A stretch of 64,000 bases of DNA from positions 310,001-374,000 of the forward strand of contig NIVC01001187.1 of NCBI GenBank assembly GCA_002269645.1, in the 5' to 3' direction. Shown here one piece after another: positions 37,701-50,300 of the stretch. The position numbers were made by a program, and so were the translations under genes. The notes beneath the pieces were generated by a model. The model was given only the letters and a program-made list of their open reading frames with translations. It was not told the DNA's origin and searched no databases. Origin of the DNA: Macrostomum lignano. Taxonomy: Eukaryota. Each line of letters starts with the position of its first letter. The stretch's first letter is position 1.

Positions 37701-38013
37701 CGCCACACTCAATATAAAACGAAAAAGCGTGCATTAAATGCATAGTCTATGGTCGAGACTCAAGAATTGAATCGTTATTACAATACGACTCAATACTTTG
37801 TTTTTCTTACTTAAATGTCTATGGCACTCAAAACCAAGTATTGAATCCTTGATAGTCTAAATATACTAAATCTCTAATATTTGTTTGTATGCTTGAATGA
37901 ATTGATATCTAAATTCACAATTAGGCTTTTCATATTACCGATTCTAGAACCAGAATCGGTTCTGCATTTCTACGAATCCAAACAGTAAAACTATACTTCT
38001 TTCCCGGAGTATA

Positions 38014-39284
38014 CACTCAGCAACATTGAAAAGTTTCCACCCTCGCGCCAGCCATGTATATTTCGAGTTTCAAAACTGGTTTTTGTCGCCAGACTTGTGC
38101 CATAGACGATTGTTGATTTCGTCAACACGCACTTGGGCCATAGACAAAAACTTGGGTCATAGACGCCAGACAAGTCGAAGGAAACAGTCACATGAAGCAG
38201 ACAGCAGCAGCGTACAGGAGTCTAAAATCCACGTTCGCAATCAAACGCAAATGGCTCGCCAAACGACCGACCTGGAACGAGTGCGCGCCATTGGCATGCT
38301 GGACGCTGGATGTCCATCCGAGCTGTTGCTCGCCAAATTGGGCGGTCGCACACAGCAATCCGCAAACTGCAAATCATGTGCAGAGAAACGGGCAGCGTGG
38401 CGCACGCCACGCGCGGCCGGCGGCTCAATATGCGCAGTACAACTAGGAGGGCGGACCGGCGATTGCTGCGAATGGTGAAGGGAAGCCCCACATTGCCAGC
38501 CACCCTGCTACGGCTGATGTGGGCTGAAAGAAGCAGGCGAGGGAATATCCTGAGCGCCCAAACCATCCGACGACGATTGCGGGAGTCGGGGCTGCGATCC
38601 CGAAAGATGCACAAACGGCCACGCCTGACCCCAACCCATGTGGCCAGCCGGGAACAATGGGCAATGCAAAGGGTCCACTGGAGGCAGCAGCAGTGGCGGC
38701 GAGTGATTTTCACAGATAAGAGCCGCTTTCGATTGTTCCGTGCCGACGGCCGCATTCGCGTGTGGCGCCAGCCGCGCCAGGAGATGCTGCCGCAGCACGT
38801 GCAAAACTCTGAGAGCCAGTCAGCTTCTATTCACGTGTGGGCAGACATCACAATGCACGCGAAGACGGAGCTCGTGTTCCTGGATGCGACTGTGACTGCC
38901 GAGTCATACGCCAACCTTCTACAGACGCCCCTGCTGCCCTTCATTGATGCTTCATGTGGTGGCGTGGGGAACAGCGTCCTCCAAGACGACAACGCCCCAC
39001 CGCATCGCGCAGCCGCTGTGGCGCATCTGAAGGAGCTGCTGCACCTGCGAACCTTGCGCTGGCCGTCCCAATCACCGGACATGAATCCCATAGAGTACGT
39101 TTGGGATTACCTGAAGCGCTCGCTTCGGCGCGACAATCCGCCGCAAAACGTTGCCCAACTGCGCGAATCACTGTCTACTGCATGGCAACAACTACCGCAA
39201 GATTTTCTGCGACGCCTGGTTCTGGGAATGCCCCGAAGAGTGAGCGCTCTGCTGCACGCACGTGGCTGCTATACGCGTTACTGA
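38014..39284 (+). mobile_element. Tc1-like DD34E transposon; right TIR not found
   Basis: TA followed by a Tc1-style end CACTCAGCAACATTGAAAAGTTTCCACC at 38014, then the transposase ORF. Confidence 0.8.
38251..39284 (+). CDS. Tc1/mariner transposase (DD34E), one -1 frameshift near 38309
   Basis: MARQTTDLERVRAIGMLDAG|MSIRAVARQIGRS (HTH), SAQTIRRRL, WRRVIFTDKSRF, LQDDNAPPH and WPSQSPDMNPIE; 34 residues between the second D and E. Confidence 0.92.
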
Positions 39285-40232
39285 CCCTGTTCTGGGCAAG
39301 TTGTCACCCATGCTCGCGTACTTTGTTTCTTTGCTGTTCTTTTGTTTCGTTCGAATCCGGATTATATATTTGTTGCTCAAAATACAGTTGCTTCTTTAAC
39401 GGATTTCGAATAGATTTGCTGTTTGATTAAGAATGGGGTTTTATATAGACAAATTCTTTGTCCGTCTCCAATAGCATTTCCTTCTACTTTGGCTGTCTTT
39501 GCTTCGACATCATAAGCCAGCTATTCAACATTTTTTAAGTACGCGCCCCGTAGTATTGAAGGCATATCGCCAATTCCGTTAACAGTTTGTGACGGCGAGA
39601 AGTGCAGCTCACGGAACAATACATTGTGTCATCATTATTATTATGATGCATAATGATTCCTACATCAGTGGAGAACATACTCGAAGTGAATAAATTGATT
39701 TCATGTTACTAGCTACTAGAATACACATTTCACATATTTCACATACGAGAGTTAATATCGAGATATGCTCGAATGCCAAAAACAAGTACAAAGAATACTA
39801 AAGTACACGTGGATGTGATTTGATAAGTAATATAAAAAAGTAGCGACGTACGAGCTACTCAAAAGTACCATTTACAAAGATGGCGAAGTGCATTGTTACA
39901 AAATGGGTTCCAATAAGACAGATTACACTGCAAAGTTAGCTAATGCATTTAAAATTATGTTGATAAATTGAACCATATTGGATGTGGATAACTTGTTATT
40001 CTAAGTCAGAAAGAGACGCCTATTTTACATTTTTTACGAATAGTTGTGAACTGGATGCACACGAAGTCTAGGAATGATGATTTTTTTAAATATAGTAGTA
40101 GCAACCAAGGCTGGCTTAAGAACACAGGATCCTGGGTATTATACATGGAAGTGAATCACAAGTCAAGAGGATTAAACACTAGAGCAAATGCGCCCAGTGG
40201 ATTACATTATTTGATTAGGAAGCCTCGACTCC

Positions 40233-41738
40233 TTAAATCTGCGAAGACCTGTACCCACTGGCTTGCGCCTTTCTGACCTGGGAGACCGCTGGCTGCTGCT
40301 GCGGTAGCTGCCGCTGCTGCTGTTGATGCGGCCGGGACTGCGACTGCGTTTGGTGCTCGAACTCGCGATCTTCTCTGAGTGGCTGTCGCATCAACGAAAG
40401 CGGATCCCGCTCGTAGCCGGGCGGCGGCGACCTCTGCGGAGGCGGCGTCTCAATCGGCGGCTGCTGCCAGCTCGGCAAGTGTCGCGACTCCCCGTACGGG
40501 CGTCCCTGCCGAGCAGAGTCGTCAACGGTTGCCTTGGCCTGAAAATCCTGTCCGCTGGCCGATGCGGATATCTGCTTTCTGGTTGCGCCGCCAGAAAAGC
40601 CGGAATGATAGCTGCGCGAGGACTGCACACCGCCGACTGCGCCAGCCGGTGGAGCGTCCGAGAAGCCTGTGGAGAAATTTGCCGCTGCCGCCGAGGCAAA
40701 TCCAGCCCGCTTTGCTCGATCGATTCGCACAGGAGCCTCCTCGAACGGAGGACCGCTTGGAGGCGCGTGTTTAACGAAGCTCGCTGTTGTGGGGACATCC
40801 TGATGTGCCTGTACAGCTTGTTGACTGCGCCTTGGGTGGTCGTCTCGCTGTTGAACACCATATTGAGCAGAGGAAGCGTTTCTAGCCTGGTCTGTTGTTG
40901 GTCGGGGATCGAACTGTGCAGACGGTCCTCGTCTAACTTGATCGCCTGGCGGCGGCAAATTGTACTGGCCAGCGGGACCTTGACGCGTGCGATCAGCTGG
41001 TGGTTGAGCACCGTGCTGAGCATAGGGACTGAGTTTGTTGTTTAGCGGTGCCGGCTGCTGCGATGGAGCTCTACCTGTGGAGATGGTTGCTACTTGCGGC
41101 TGCGCTGGAGACCTTGCAGCTTCAGCCTCGTCACTCAGGAAACCGAGGTTGTAAAATGCGCCCTCTCGATGGGACGGCATGGGCTGAAGCCGCGACGAAG
41201 ACATCTGTGATGGTTGAGGCCGCTGCTCTTGAGGCACTCGTCGCTGTTGCTGTTGTACCGGGTCTCGCGAAGGAAGAGGCAGCACCGGTGGGCGCGGTCG
41301 ACTACCAAAAGCTGCAGCAGTTGCCGACTGCGAAGGGAGCTCCTGATACCGGCTAGATGGTTGAATGCCCAGCTGAGCGAATCGTTCGGCCTTGGCCGCG
41401 TCCAGGCCAGACTTCACCCGATAGAAATGAATGCCGAATACGATGAGCAGTGCTCCGCCGATTATAAGCAAGGCCACGCCGAGGTAAGTCACCGCCAGAA
41501 TCCCTGCCGGCTTCGTTGCTTGTGAGCCGCCGCTGGAGCCGACGGCGCTGCTGTCAGCGGAGACGCCGGCGAACACGAAGATGATGCCCACAGAAAGGCA
41601 GGTCAGGCTTGCACCGAATTCAATCCAGCAGACTCGAGTCTCTTTGACGCAAATTGGCTCGTGTGTTCGCTCCCGGGCCTCCTGCTGCTGCTGCTGCTGC
41701 TGCTGCAGTCTGGAGTGCATCCCGCGGGTGGGATTCAT
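40233..41738 (-). CDS. Uncharacterised two-transmembrane protein with N-terminal poly-Q and a long P/Q/S/R-rich tail (about 501 aa, single coding exon)
   Basis: 1.5-kb uninterrupted GC-rich ORF from the ATG at 41738, with hydrophobic helices FGASLTCLSVGIIFVFAGV and ILAVTYLGVALLIIGGALLIVFGIHFY; no family recognised. Confidence 0.7.
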   Translation of the reverse strand: MNPTRGMHSRLQQQQQQQQEARERTHEPICVKETRVCWIEFGASLTCLSVGIIFVFAGVSADSSAVGSSGGSQATKPAGILAVTYLGVALLIIGGALLIVFGIHFYRVKSGLDAAKAERFAQLGIQPSSRYQELPSQSATAAAFGSRPRPPVLPLPSRDPVQQQQRRVPQEQRPQPSQMSSSRLQPMPSHREGAFYNLGFLSDEAEAARSPAQPQVATISTGRAPSQQPAPLNNKLSPYAQHGAQPPADRTRQGPAGQYNLPPPGDQVRRGPSAQFDPRPTTDQARNASSAQYGVQQRDDHPRRSQQAVQAHQDVPTTASFVKHAPPSGPPFEEAPVRIDRAKRAGFASAAAANFSTGFSDAPPAGAVGGVQSSRSYHSGFSGGATRKQISASASGQDFQAKATVDDSARQGRPYGESRHLPSWQQPPIETPPPQRSPPPGYERDPLSLMRQPLREDREFEHQTQSQSRPHQQQQRQLPQQQPAVSQVRKAQASGYRSSQI

Positions 41739-43211
41739 GGGAAGAAGCTGCACTGCGGGAGCGAGTTTTAACGACTGTACAGTGGGGGACGTCGATGCAA
41801 AAAGCAAAAAGGATGACGGGGGTCGAGATTTTCTTCTCCACAGCGCACTGCTGGAATGCTGGGGATGGGTTGGGATCAGGGAGACTTTTGGAAGCTCGTC
41901 TACAAGCGTAATTCTCTTTCCTTTCTGGCTGGGGAGCTGCGAGTTGAGGAATCCGATAGGACGAAGAAGGTTGGGTAAGGAAAAGATGGGGGAGAGACGA
42001 TAAGGAGCAGTCAGTGCTGCGAGGTCTTGTCTCTCGGTACCTCTTCTGTCTGTTTTGTACGCAAGAGAAAGACCGCCTCACTTCTCTTCTGGTCTGGTCT
42101 GGCCTGGCAATATAGCGGTAGGGCTTGGGGCCGCTGTGCGGAGGGAGGGAATGGAGAAGTGAAGAAGGGTTAGCGACATTCAAGGCGAGCACTGCACTGG
42201 GGCGGGCGGGTGGGACAGAGCTGGGCGGCTACCCACCGTCACCCCAAACTTGCTCCCATGGGTGGAGGCTACTCTTTCCGTCTCATTATTGAGTCTCACG
42301 GCAATGTACGCTTGCCAACTCAACGTGTCTCCTTCTATACTATTGTACTCAGGCTTTTTACGAAGCTTAATTATTCTGACCGCGCTTCACCGCTCTTGAG
42401 AAAGTGGCCAGGTAGGGGCTGTCAAATGGTTGGTCACAACACGCTGCTTGCTCGGGTCAGAGTTTGCAGGTCTCAGCCAAAATTTATGGATCAGAGCGCT
42501 TTTAATTGAAGAAAATAGAGCTTGCTGCATGTTGTTGTGAAGGCTGCGCTACGAGTTACGAAGTGGGGTCAAGTATTTTTCCAAGGCTACGCTTAATTAT
42601 TTTTAGCTCTGGCTAAATGGCTAAAGTAAATAACTGGAGTAGTCGAACTGCGAATTCCGTGCACGGGTGCAGCTTAAAACTCATGCAGAATGTAATACCA
42701 GTAAAACCCACTCGCCTGTAAAGTGAGACATGATCTCGCTCTACGGCCGACAGGTAATTACCGATGGACTGAACTCTCCCGTTTGTGCGGGGTTACTACC
42801 AATATTGAAGCCTGATGCCCGTCAGTGTCAACACAGCACGCTCTGTTTGTTAAAATTCAAGATGCCGCAGAATGTCCCCGACTCCCCGATTACTGCTTCA
42901 ACCTGTTCCTGCTACGATGCAGGTGCAGCGCATCTCACCCCTGCCATCATGAAAACTGCGATCTTCTCTGCACAGCACTTCGACATCGCTGGACTCCAGT
43001 GCCAACCGACGCCCTCTCCTCTACCCCAAAGCCTGAGAGTTGGCTCGCAACGCGCAGTACTCGCTGATTGTCAATGAAGCTCTCAGGGACCTTCCTGATA
43101 CGAGTAGCCAAGTTATCGGACCTCATATGGACGTTCACGCCTCTTGAACGTCCTGCACAGCCCCGGAATGGCTTCTGCCCGATGTTACAAAGCTTTCACC
43201 ACCGCGTCCCT

Positions 43212-43212
<1 letters not shown>

Positions 43213-43265
<53 letters not shown>
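43213..43265. repeat. (CA)n microsatellite, about 26 units
   Basis: Visible directly. Confidence 0.98.
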
Positions 43266-43268
<3 letters not shown>

Positions 43269-43633
43269 CGTAAATCGATTCCGCTCTATCAATTTGAAAA
43301 TAATTTATTGAAAGTAGCTGACACTTTATTTTGATTTTTCTGTATAGTTTTCTGCTATGCTAGCGTAAAATATCAATAGGTATATTTATCCACGTATACT
43401 AAATCAGGATACGAAAAACAGAGACTAAAAACGGACACAAAAATGACTAAACTAACGACATAAATAATGAAATATTTAATAAAACGTCAGCCCATTCTAC
43501 TAAGTTACACAACTAATACTTAGCAAGGGTACTTGAAAGCACTGCGCGCGGCCTGCCGGCGGATAAAAACACAGCATCGCAAACTGAATTATTCGATAGC
43601 AAGCGGTAGGCAGCCATTAGCTTCCGCACAGGG

Positions 43634-46178
43634 CTAAGCTTCAGTGAGTTTCCGCATTCCGTCAATGTGCAGCATGGCCTCGCTGTAGCTCCTGGGCACC
43701 ACCTGCGGCGCATCGGGCACGCAGTCCTCGCCAGCCTGCGCGGCGGCCTCTGGCGCGAACACGAAATAGAAATCATTGGTGGTGGTCCGCAGCCCGCTGT
43801 CCGGCTGCAGCACCTCAGCGTGCACGCGGACGACGCAACGACGGCCGTGCGAGCAGGTGACTTGAGAGGACAGGAACAGCAGCGAGCCGAGCTCGACTGG
43901 AGCACGGAAGGACACGTCCTTGACCTCGAGCAGCACCGGCTGCCGGCGGCAGTGGGCGAACGCGCAGATCCAAGCCGTCTCCAGGGCTTTGCGCATCAGG
44001 AAGCCGCCGAACACCTTGCAGTAGACGTTCATCTGCTCCGGGTGGCACAGATGAGCAGTCTTCAGCATTGTGTCGCGCAGCCAGACGCTGCCGACTGGGA
44101 GACGTCGACGGCTGAAGGTGAACGACCTGATAAAGGTGAAAAGGAGAAGCTGTATAAAAACAAGTTGGCCGCCTAGAATTGACTCAGACGCAGATGAGTT
44201 GGGGCAGAGCAGCTGCTCACTTGGGATCGATGGTGTCAAGAAACATTCGATGAATTTTGGCGATCTCTTCGTTGCGCGGCACAACGCTGAGCACAGACTG
44301 CGATGCCTGCTGCAGCCTGTAGGCCTTGGCCCGCTCGCCTCGCTGGAAAATCTCCCGGTCTGCGGCCGACTCCAGCAGCAGGGGGTTCAGCTTGGCGGCT
44401 CTGCGGGGTACCAGTCATTCACCCTTATTCATGCGGTTCCATAAGCTTGTAAATAAGTACTTATCACCTCACGGCCTGGTTTAATGCAAAACACTTGTTC
44501 TGGTAACTGATACGGGAAGGAGATACTGTAACCAAGATGTACAATCAGCGAGATACGACAGCCACTGCAACATCGGAGTTGCAGCTTTTACGCTGAGCTG
44601 GGCTGACCTACAAACCCTAAGCTGGCCTACTACCCTGAGCTGGCATACTACCCTGAGCTGGCATACTACCCTGAGCTGGCATACTACCTGAGCTGGCCTC
44701 CTACCTGAGCTGGCATACTACCTGAGCTGGCGTACTACACTGAGCTGGCATACTACCCTGAGCTGGCATACTACCCTGAGCTGGCATACTACCCTGAGCT
44801 GGCATACTACCTGAGCTGGCCTCCTACCTGAGCTGGCATACTACCTGAGCTGGCGTACTACACTGAGCTGGCATACTACCCTGGTTGCACCAAGGAGAAC
44901 AAAAGCCAACCTGTTCTACAACGGATGTCGAGCCGCGTTCACGAAGGTGGCGTCAAGCACGGGCGTCCAGGCGACGCCAGCAGCCCCGTCCTCGCCAGCC
45001 TGCTGTTCAATCTTCATGGTCACCTCGATGGAGCTGCTGCCAACCCAGGAGACGAAGCCGCTCAGCCGGAGGTCCCGATTAGCCGGGATGATGGGCGTGT
45101 GGACGCCTAGGGGCGAGAATTTATAGCTAATTTTCAGGTCTAAACTGGACCAACTAACTACTGGGAGTAGTCTATGTATTATCTAGACTGATGCCAACAC
45201 AAGTGTTCCGACTTAGTCACTCATTTCTATACTTACTTGAGTGGTACAGTAAAAAAGAGCCTTTTAAAGCCAAAATGCATTGATATATTCGGCGATAGGG
45301 CACTGCAGTGTGACTGTAACACAAACACTTACACATAGATAAAGTCTTGCCAAAGATCTGTACAAGAACTGATTAGCTCAACTCACAGACGCCATCAACA
45401 AAGGCGGTCACTATGGTAACGGGTGCGCGCTCAGCCCAGTGCGGCTGCCAGGCGTGCCGGTAGCTGATGAGGACGCCTAGGATGTCCAGATCCTCAAGCA
45501 GGCGACCAATCCGGATGCCGTTGTGCGTGTTGACGTATTTGACAGACAAGCCGGCCTGGGTGCGCAGGCTCAGCAGGGCCTCCTGGTAGCTGGCAGACAT
45601 TGGTTTAGCCAGCGACTGGGAGCCCAGCTGCTGCTCCCTGGCCAGGGCTTCCGTGAGGGCCGCGCAGTCGCGCCTGATGAGCCGCCAAAGTTTGCGTCAC
45701 TTTATATAATCACTCTCGATTGATGCATTTCTAGCAGTGGCTCTCAAACTCAAAAAACAGGCATTAACTCACACTTCAAATGGAGTGCCCGATGAGCCAG
45801 CAATTGTCATCAGCTGCTCTCGAACTAAAAAACGAACAAATTCCAATGCAGTTCAAGTGAGGGGGGGGGCGTAGCCTAGTGTTTCAGCGCGGCGCTCTCA
45901 TGTGCCAGCGGCCCAGGCTCGATTCTGCTCATGCAATTATCACCCTTGATGGCCAACCCCCCCGGGCACAGTGAAGTGTGCATGCCTAACAAATAAAGTG
46001 AGCCAGAGTGCACACAAGCCATGCCGCTAACTAGAATGCAAGCGCACGTGAGGCCCAGTAACTTAATACCTTTGTTCAATGGTATGCATCTTTCCAATGA
46101 GCTGATGCTTGACAGTTGCCTACTCGCAACAAAAATGCTGCTTTTGCAAAGCAGGGAGGCAAAGGCATTCAAAGCCAT
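43634..46178 (-). CDS. ACOT9: Mitochondrial acyl-CoA thioesterase 9-like (double hotdog); exons approximately 46178-46070, 45699-45387, 45106-44911, 44395-44221, 44126-43634
   Basis: Presequence MALNAFASLLCKSS; motifs GIRIGRLLEDLDILGVLISYRH, PVTIVTAFVD, LRLSGFVSWVGSSSIEV, PVLDATFV, KLNPLLLES, CHPEQMNVYCKVFGGFLMRKALE, FRAPVELGSLLFLSSQV and VPRSYSEAMLHIDG match ACOT9. Has apparent frameshifts near 45699 and 44243 and a possible in-frame TAG at 44916. Confidence 0.92.
44615..44883. repeat. 17-18-bp minisatellite (CTGAGCTGGCATACTACC), about 15 copies, in ACOT9 intron 3
   Basis: Tandem units visible directly. Confidence 0.92.
45864..45930 (+). mobile_element. Possible tRNA-derived SINE head in ACOT9 intron 1
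   Basis: G-run start, A-box-like TAGCCTAGTG (45872), anticodon-like CTCAT and B-box-like GGCTCGATTC (45916); it does not fold as a complete tRNA and no tail or TSD was identified. Confidence 0.4.
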
Positions 46179-46749
46179 GCGATCAGCTGTTGCTGCTCTG
46201 GCTTCTTATTCTCTGAAAAGAGTTGAAATTATTATAAATTCTTATTGGCACCTAGTAACATTATTACTGCGGATACATGCCTAACCTAGTTGAGTATCTT
46301 TGACCAAGTGGCCTCTAGCTGCTATACTTGGCTAACTTAGTAAGTCTAATCTATTTAATGTCTACTGTCTAGCCTATAGCACCAAGATATTTTATAGCAC
46401 CTAGTATTGTATATCAAATATGTATGTCAAATTATAATAGCTATGCTATAACCAGAAGGCAACTTATAATAAACTTTTCAATCAATGATATCAGTTAAAA
46501 ACCCTATAAACAAGGCAAGATATTACAAATTATTATCTAGCCAAGGATAGCCATGGCTTTTTTTTCCTTAGCTCCCTAGTTATGCCATTTATAGACAAAA
46601 TGGCCATCAGCTAATAAAGTGGAGCCCAATTAACTCATGTACACAAATGATATGTCATTCTGCTTACAGTGACCCCAGGAAGCTAGATTTGGAAAGTGAC
46701 AAAAAATGGACTTAGGATGAGCCAGAAGTATGAGGAAATCAAATCTATA

Positions 46750-47353
46750 CTGTCCGTCAAAAGTTCTGGAACCCTTGCTACGATGTCTTCTAGCGGACAT
46801 AATTTCAGTCTATTTCAATTGTAACTTGATTCAAATGAAAGCTGCGGATCTCAGCTCCATGATGTGGTCAAGAAAAAGTTTATTCGAAGGAGTGCGTGTG
46901 AACAGGCCAGTGTTATGTACATAGAGGTTAGAGAAAAAAAGTGAGGAAAAGATAAACAAGCAATTGTTTTTTACTCTTTTTTACTCTCCCATGAAAGCTG
47001 ACTACACAAGAATTTATAAGAGCCTATTGATTTCAACACAAGTTTTGGCCATAGACTAATGTTAGCCAGGCTGAACACTGCGCGCAAACCGATTCCTTCC
47101 CATGTGTGTTTGCTCAATAGACTCAGCAACCATGGACAATTGCTTGTTTGTCTTTTCCTCACTTTTTTTCTCTAACCTTTATGTATATAACACTGGCCTG
47201 TTCACACGCGCTCCTTTGAATAAACTTTTTCTTGACCACGTCATGGAGCTGAGATCTACAGCTTTAATTTGAATCAAGTTACAATTGAAACGGACTGAAA
47301 TTATGTCTGCTAGAAGACATTGTAGCAAGGGTTCCGGAACTTTTGACGGACAG
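46750..47353. mobile_element. 604-bp Tc1/mariner-type foldback MITE with ~215-bp TIRs
   Basis: TA|CTGTCCGTCAAAAGTT ... AACTTTTGACGGACAG|TA; arms at about 46750-46967 and 47139-47353 are diverged reverse complements; TA TSD. Confidence 0.9.
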
Positions 47354-50300
47354 TATAACAAGTATAATGCATGAGGAAATATATAGATCAAATATCTTTC
47401 TAGAAAACTCTTTTACATTTTCTGCTGAATAGACCTAATCATTAATAGACATTATCACAATAGAAAACCTTTGCTACTTGGCTAGGTCAAGATCTTTGTA
47501 GAGGATCAAACAGATAAAGCTAGGCCTAATAGAAAAGCTGAATTTGGCTATTAATTCCTCAATTTTCATATAATAGCTCAATTCCACTGCTTTCTAAATA
47601 GGAGTGTCTCACTAAGCATTTGGTCTTCTCTAGGCTGAACTTTTGCTGGCCTTTGGTATCAAATCCCTTTTTTCTGTCAAATTAGGCAATAGATATCTTT
47701 TAGATAGTGGACTATCTAAGTAGGCTTTGGATAGGACCTCCTTGATTTTTTTATCCCATAACTAGCTTTGGCCATGTCATATATACATGCATCATTGGTC
47801 AGCACTATTTATAGCCACGCTAGAATATATATAAAAGGGGACCAAACATGAATAATTACTCGCAAATTGCACTAAAATGTATTAATGATTTTTATTGATT
47901 TTTATATTTTATACTCATAACATACTGCTTTTGCTATATAAAGTGGTAAAAAATCAAGCCAAAGTGGCTTATCAAAGTTGAGATATAAGGTCATTCATAT
48001 TTATTTTTGAATATTTCTCATATTTAAAACAAGTCCAAAAAATCATTTCATGATATCATTTGCTTAAAACTATAAAATCTATAGCTTATGGGCCTACCTA
48101 TAAAAAGATCATATATAGGGCCTATTAAATGAAATAATAATAAATAACTAATAACTTGCTAGGCCTATGCTAGCCTAGAATTTTTGTCATGGAAGATTTT
48201 TAAATATATCAATTTTTAGTCAAAACTAGGCCACATGATATAGCTAGGCCCCTGGTGTAATTTTAGCATTTGCACATATATGCTTTGAATTAATATCAAA
48301 TGGCATCTAAAACAAGATAGGGTAGGTACTAAGGTAGGCCTAGGCCTAATAGATATCTAAAAAGTCTAAATTAGGCCTATATAGTAAGCCTATGTATTAG
48401 GCCTCATGTCTGAAGTTATCTGGCTCTTTGAAGAGAAGTTGGGATCAAATTTTGCACCAGGTGTAGGTTAGGCCTAGGCGAATTTCTAAAATGCTGTTTT
48501 GATTCAAAAGCCTATAGGGTACTAGGCAAATGTTTGATTTAGTAACTATTCTTGAATTGAAAAAAATGAATAAAGCTAACTTATATTTTTTGCTTAAATT
48601 ACATTTGTTTGAATGCTTAGTTTTTAGAATTAGGCCTATAAAATGCAGTTAATGAGTTTATAAAAATATGTAATCGAAAAAATTACTATTTTTTTTAAAT
48701 AAATAAGTAAAATTTTCAAGCTGTCTATAAATTAGACCATCTTAGGCAAAAAATGGCAAAAACATTTTGTAATGAGATTTAGGCTAATAATAAAGGTATT
48801 GGATAGGTATAGTATTATTAATGGCTTCAGCTTACATTACATGGATGGTTCAATTTTTTTCGTGTGGCCACCACACTACAAAATTTAAATTTTTATGTAG
48901 TGGTGCATTTAAACTGCAAACATGATTAGTTTTGTCCAAATGGGTTAGCCACTTGTTACTTAGAACTAAATAAACAGTTAATTCGGAGAATATATATTTA
49001 ATACAATTCTTTGGATTTCTTGTTTGCCTTAGTTTAAATTTGAGTTTGCTGTACCAACTTAATAATAATCTATAGATATTTTTCTCGTACACCTGAAGGT
49101 GTTTTTTAAGATATCGCGTTTTTAAAGCTCGAACACTAACTCTTCCGTTATATTCGCATTGCAGGTCCAGGCAACAATCCATCCATCCCTTTTGAGTCCT
49201 TAACTAGCAGCAGGATAAATATAATTAACCTACCTAATGAAAAATTGCCATGGGCCTTGCCCTTGTCTGAAGCCTTTCTAGGCTTAGAATAGAACTGTCG
49301 CCATTTATTTGCTACTTTCTAACTATTGTCATTGACTAAAAGTGGCTGACCTAAAGTTAACTGACTAGATATCAATGTCAAATATTTAGGATTTTAGAAT
49401 TAGGGATTCTATGGTCTTCTACTATTTCAGCTTTTTAAAAAAATATTTAATGTTTCTCAAACAATCTAAGTAAGGAAGTGCTATGTCTATTCATTCCCCT
49501 ATTTGACAAATTTATGTTGCTTTTATTTCTCTTTTTTGACTTTTAGTAGATGAATAATGTTGGTTGTCTATCCAATGTTAATTGTCTAGTATTGGATGAA
49601 TGCTGTTTTTACTTGTGACTTGTATAGTATGAGATAAATAATATTTTTCTAGTTTTATTTATCTATTGTTATGAGCTTGTTTATAGGCAAAGTTGTTCAT
49701 ATTAGCATTTTGATAATACTTTACTTGATACTTTTAGAATAAATATCATATTTATTAATAATAAAATTAAATAACTTTCTTTTCTTTTTATATAGGTTCT
49801 TATTCTATAGCTCATTCTTTCTAGATTTTAATTTCTTCTTTATCTTTTTTTCTCATTGGTCCTAGTGCCATAGTGGGTTTCTCTATCAATTTGAAGTCTT
49901 CATTTTTCTCTTTACCTATTTCTTCTATATATATTTTTACTCTTTGTCTCCCTCTCAGAAATTTAGTAATTAGTATAGCATTTTATTGCTAGTTAGTAAC
50001 CATATAGTACAGTTTTATATTTATAATATTGTAATCTTGACTAAAACTTTATCTTGATAATTAAAGAAATATATAGTAGGTGGGCCTATTATATATGCAA
50101 TTATGATTATATTAGTTAAATAATGCATACTATTTAATACTATTTTTTCTTTACTTTTAAAACCAATTAATCAGTGGTAGCAGATTTAGGAAAGAAAAGA
50201 GACATACATAAGGCTTGCCCTTATTGAGTTGAAATTTTTACATTTTTATATTTAGATTCAATAAATAAAAAGGATATATTATTATATATAAACATATACT

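Noticed and set aside
10430-39400. RNF213-like gene as cargo of a giant transposon
   Set aside because: No bounding TIRs, TSD, Helitron ends, integrase or replication genes were found; only the compositional contrast is reported.
40323-42192. Overlapping alternative-frame and antisense ORFs around the two-TM gene; likewise 4039-4548, 43667-44176 and 63297-63777
   Set aside because: Shadow ORFs of GC-rich coding exons.
45735-45860. CAGTGGCTCTCAAACT as a hAT end
   Set aside because: No partner TIR or TSD found.
45864-45930. Functional tRNA-Met gene
   Set aside because: Acceptor and T stems do not pair properly and there is no T-run terminator; kept only as a possible SINE head.
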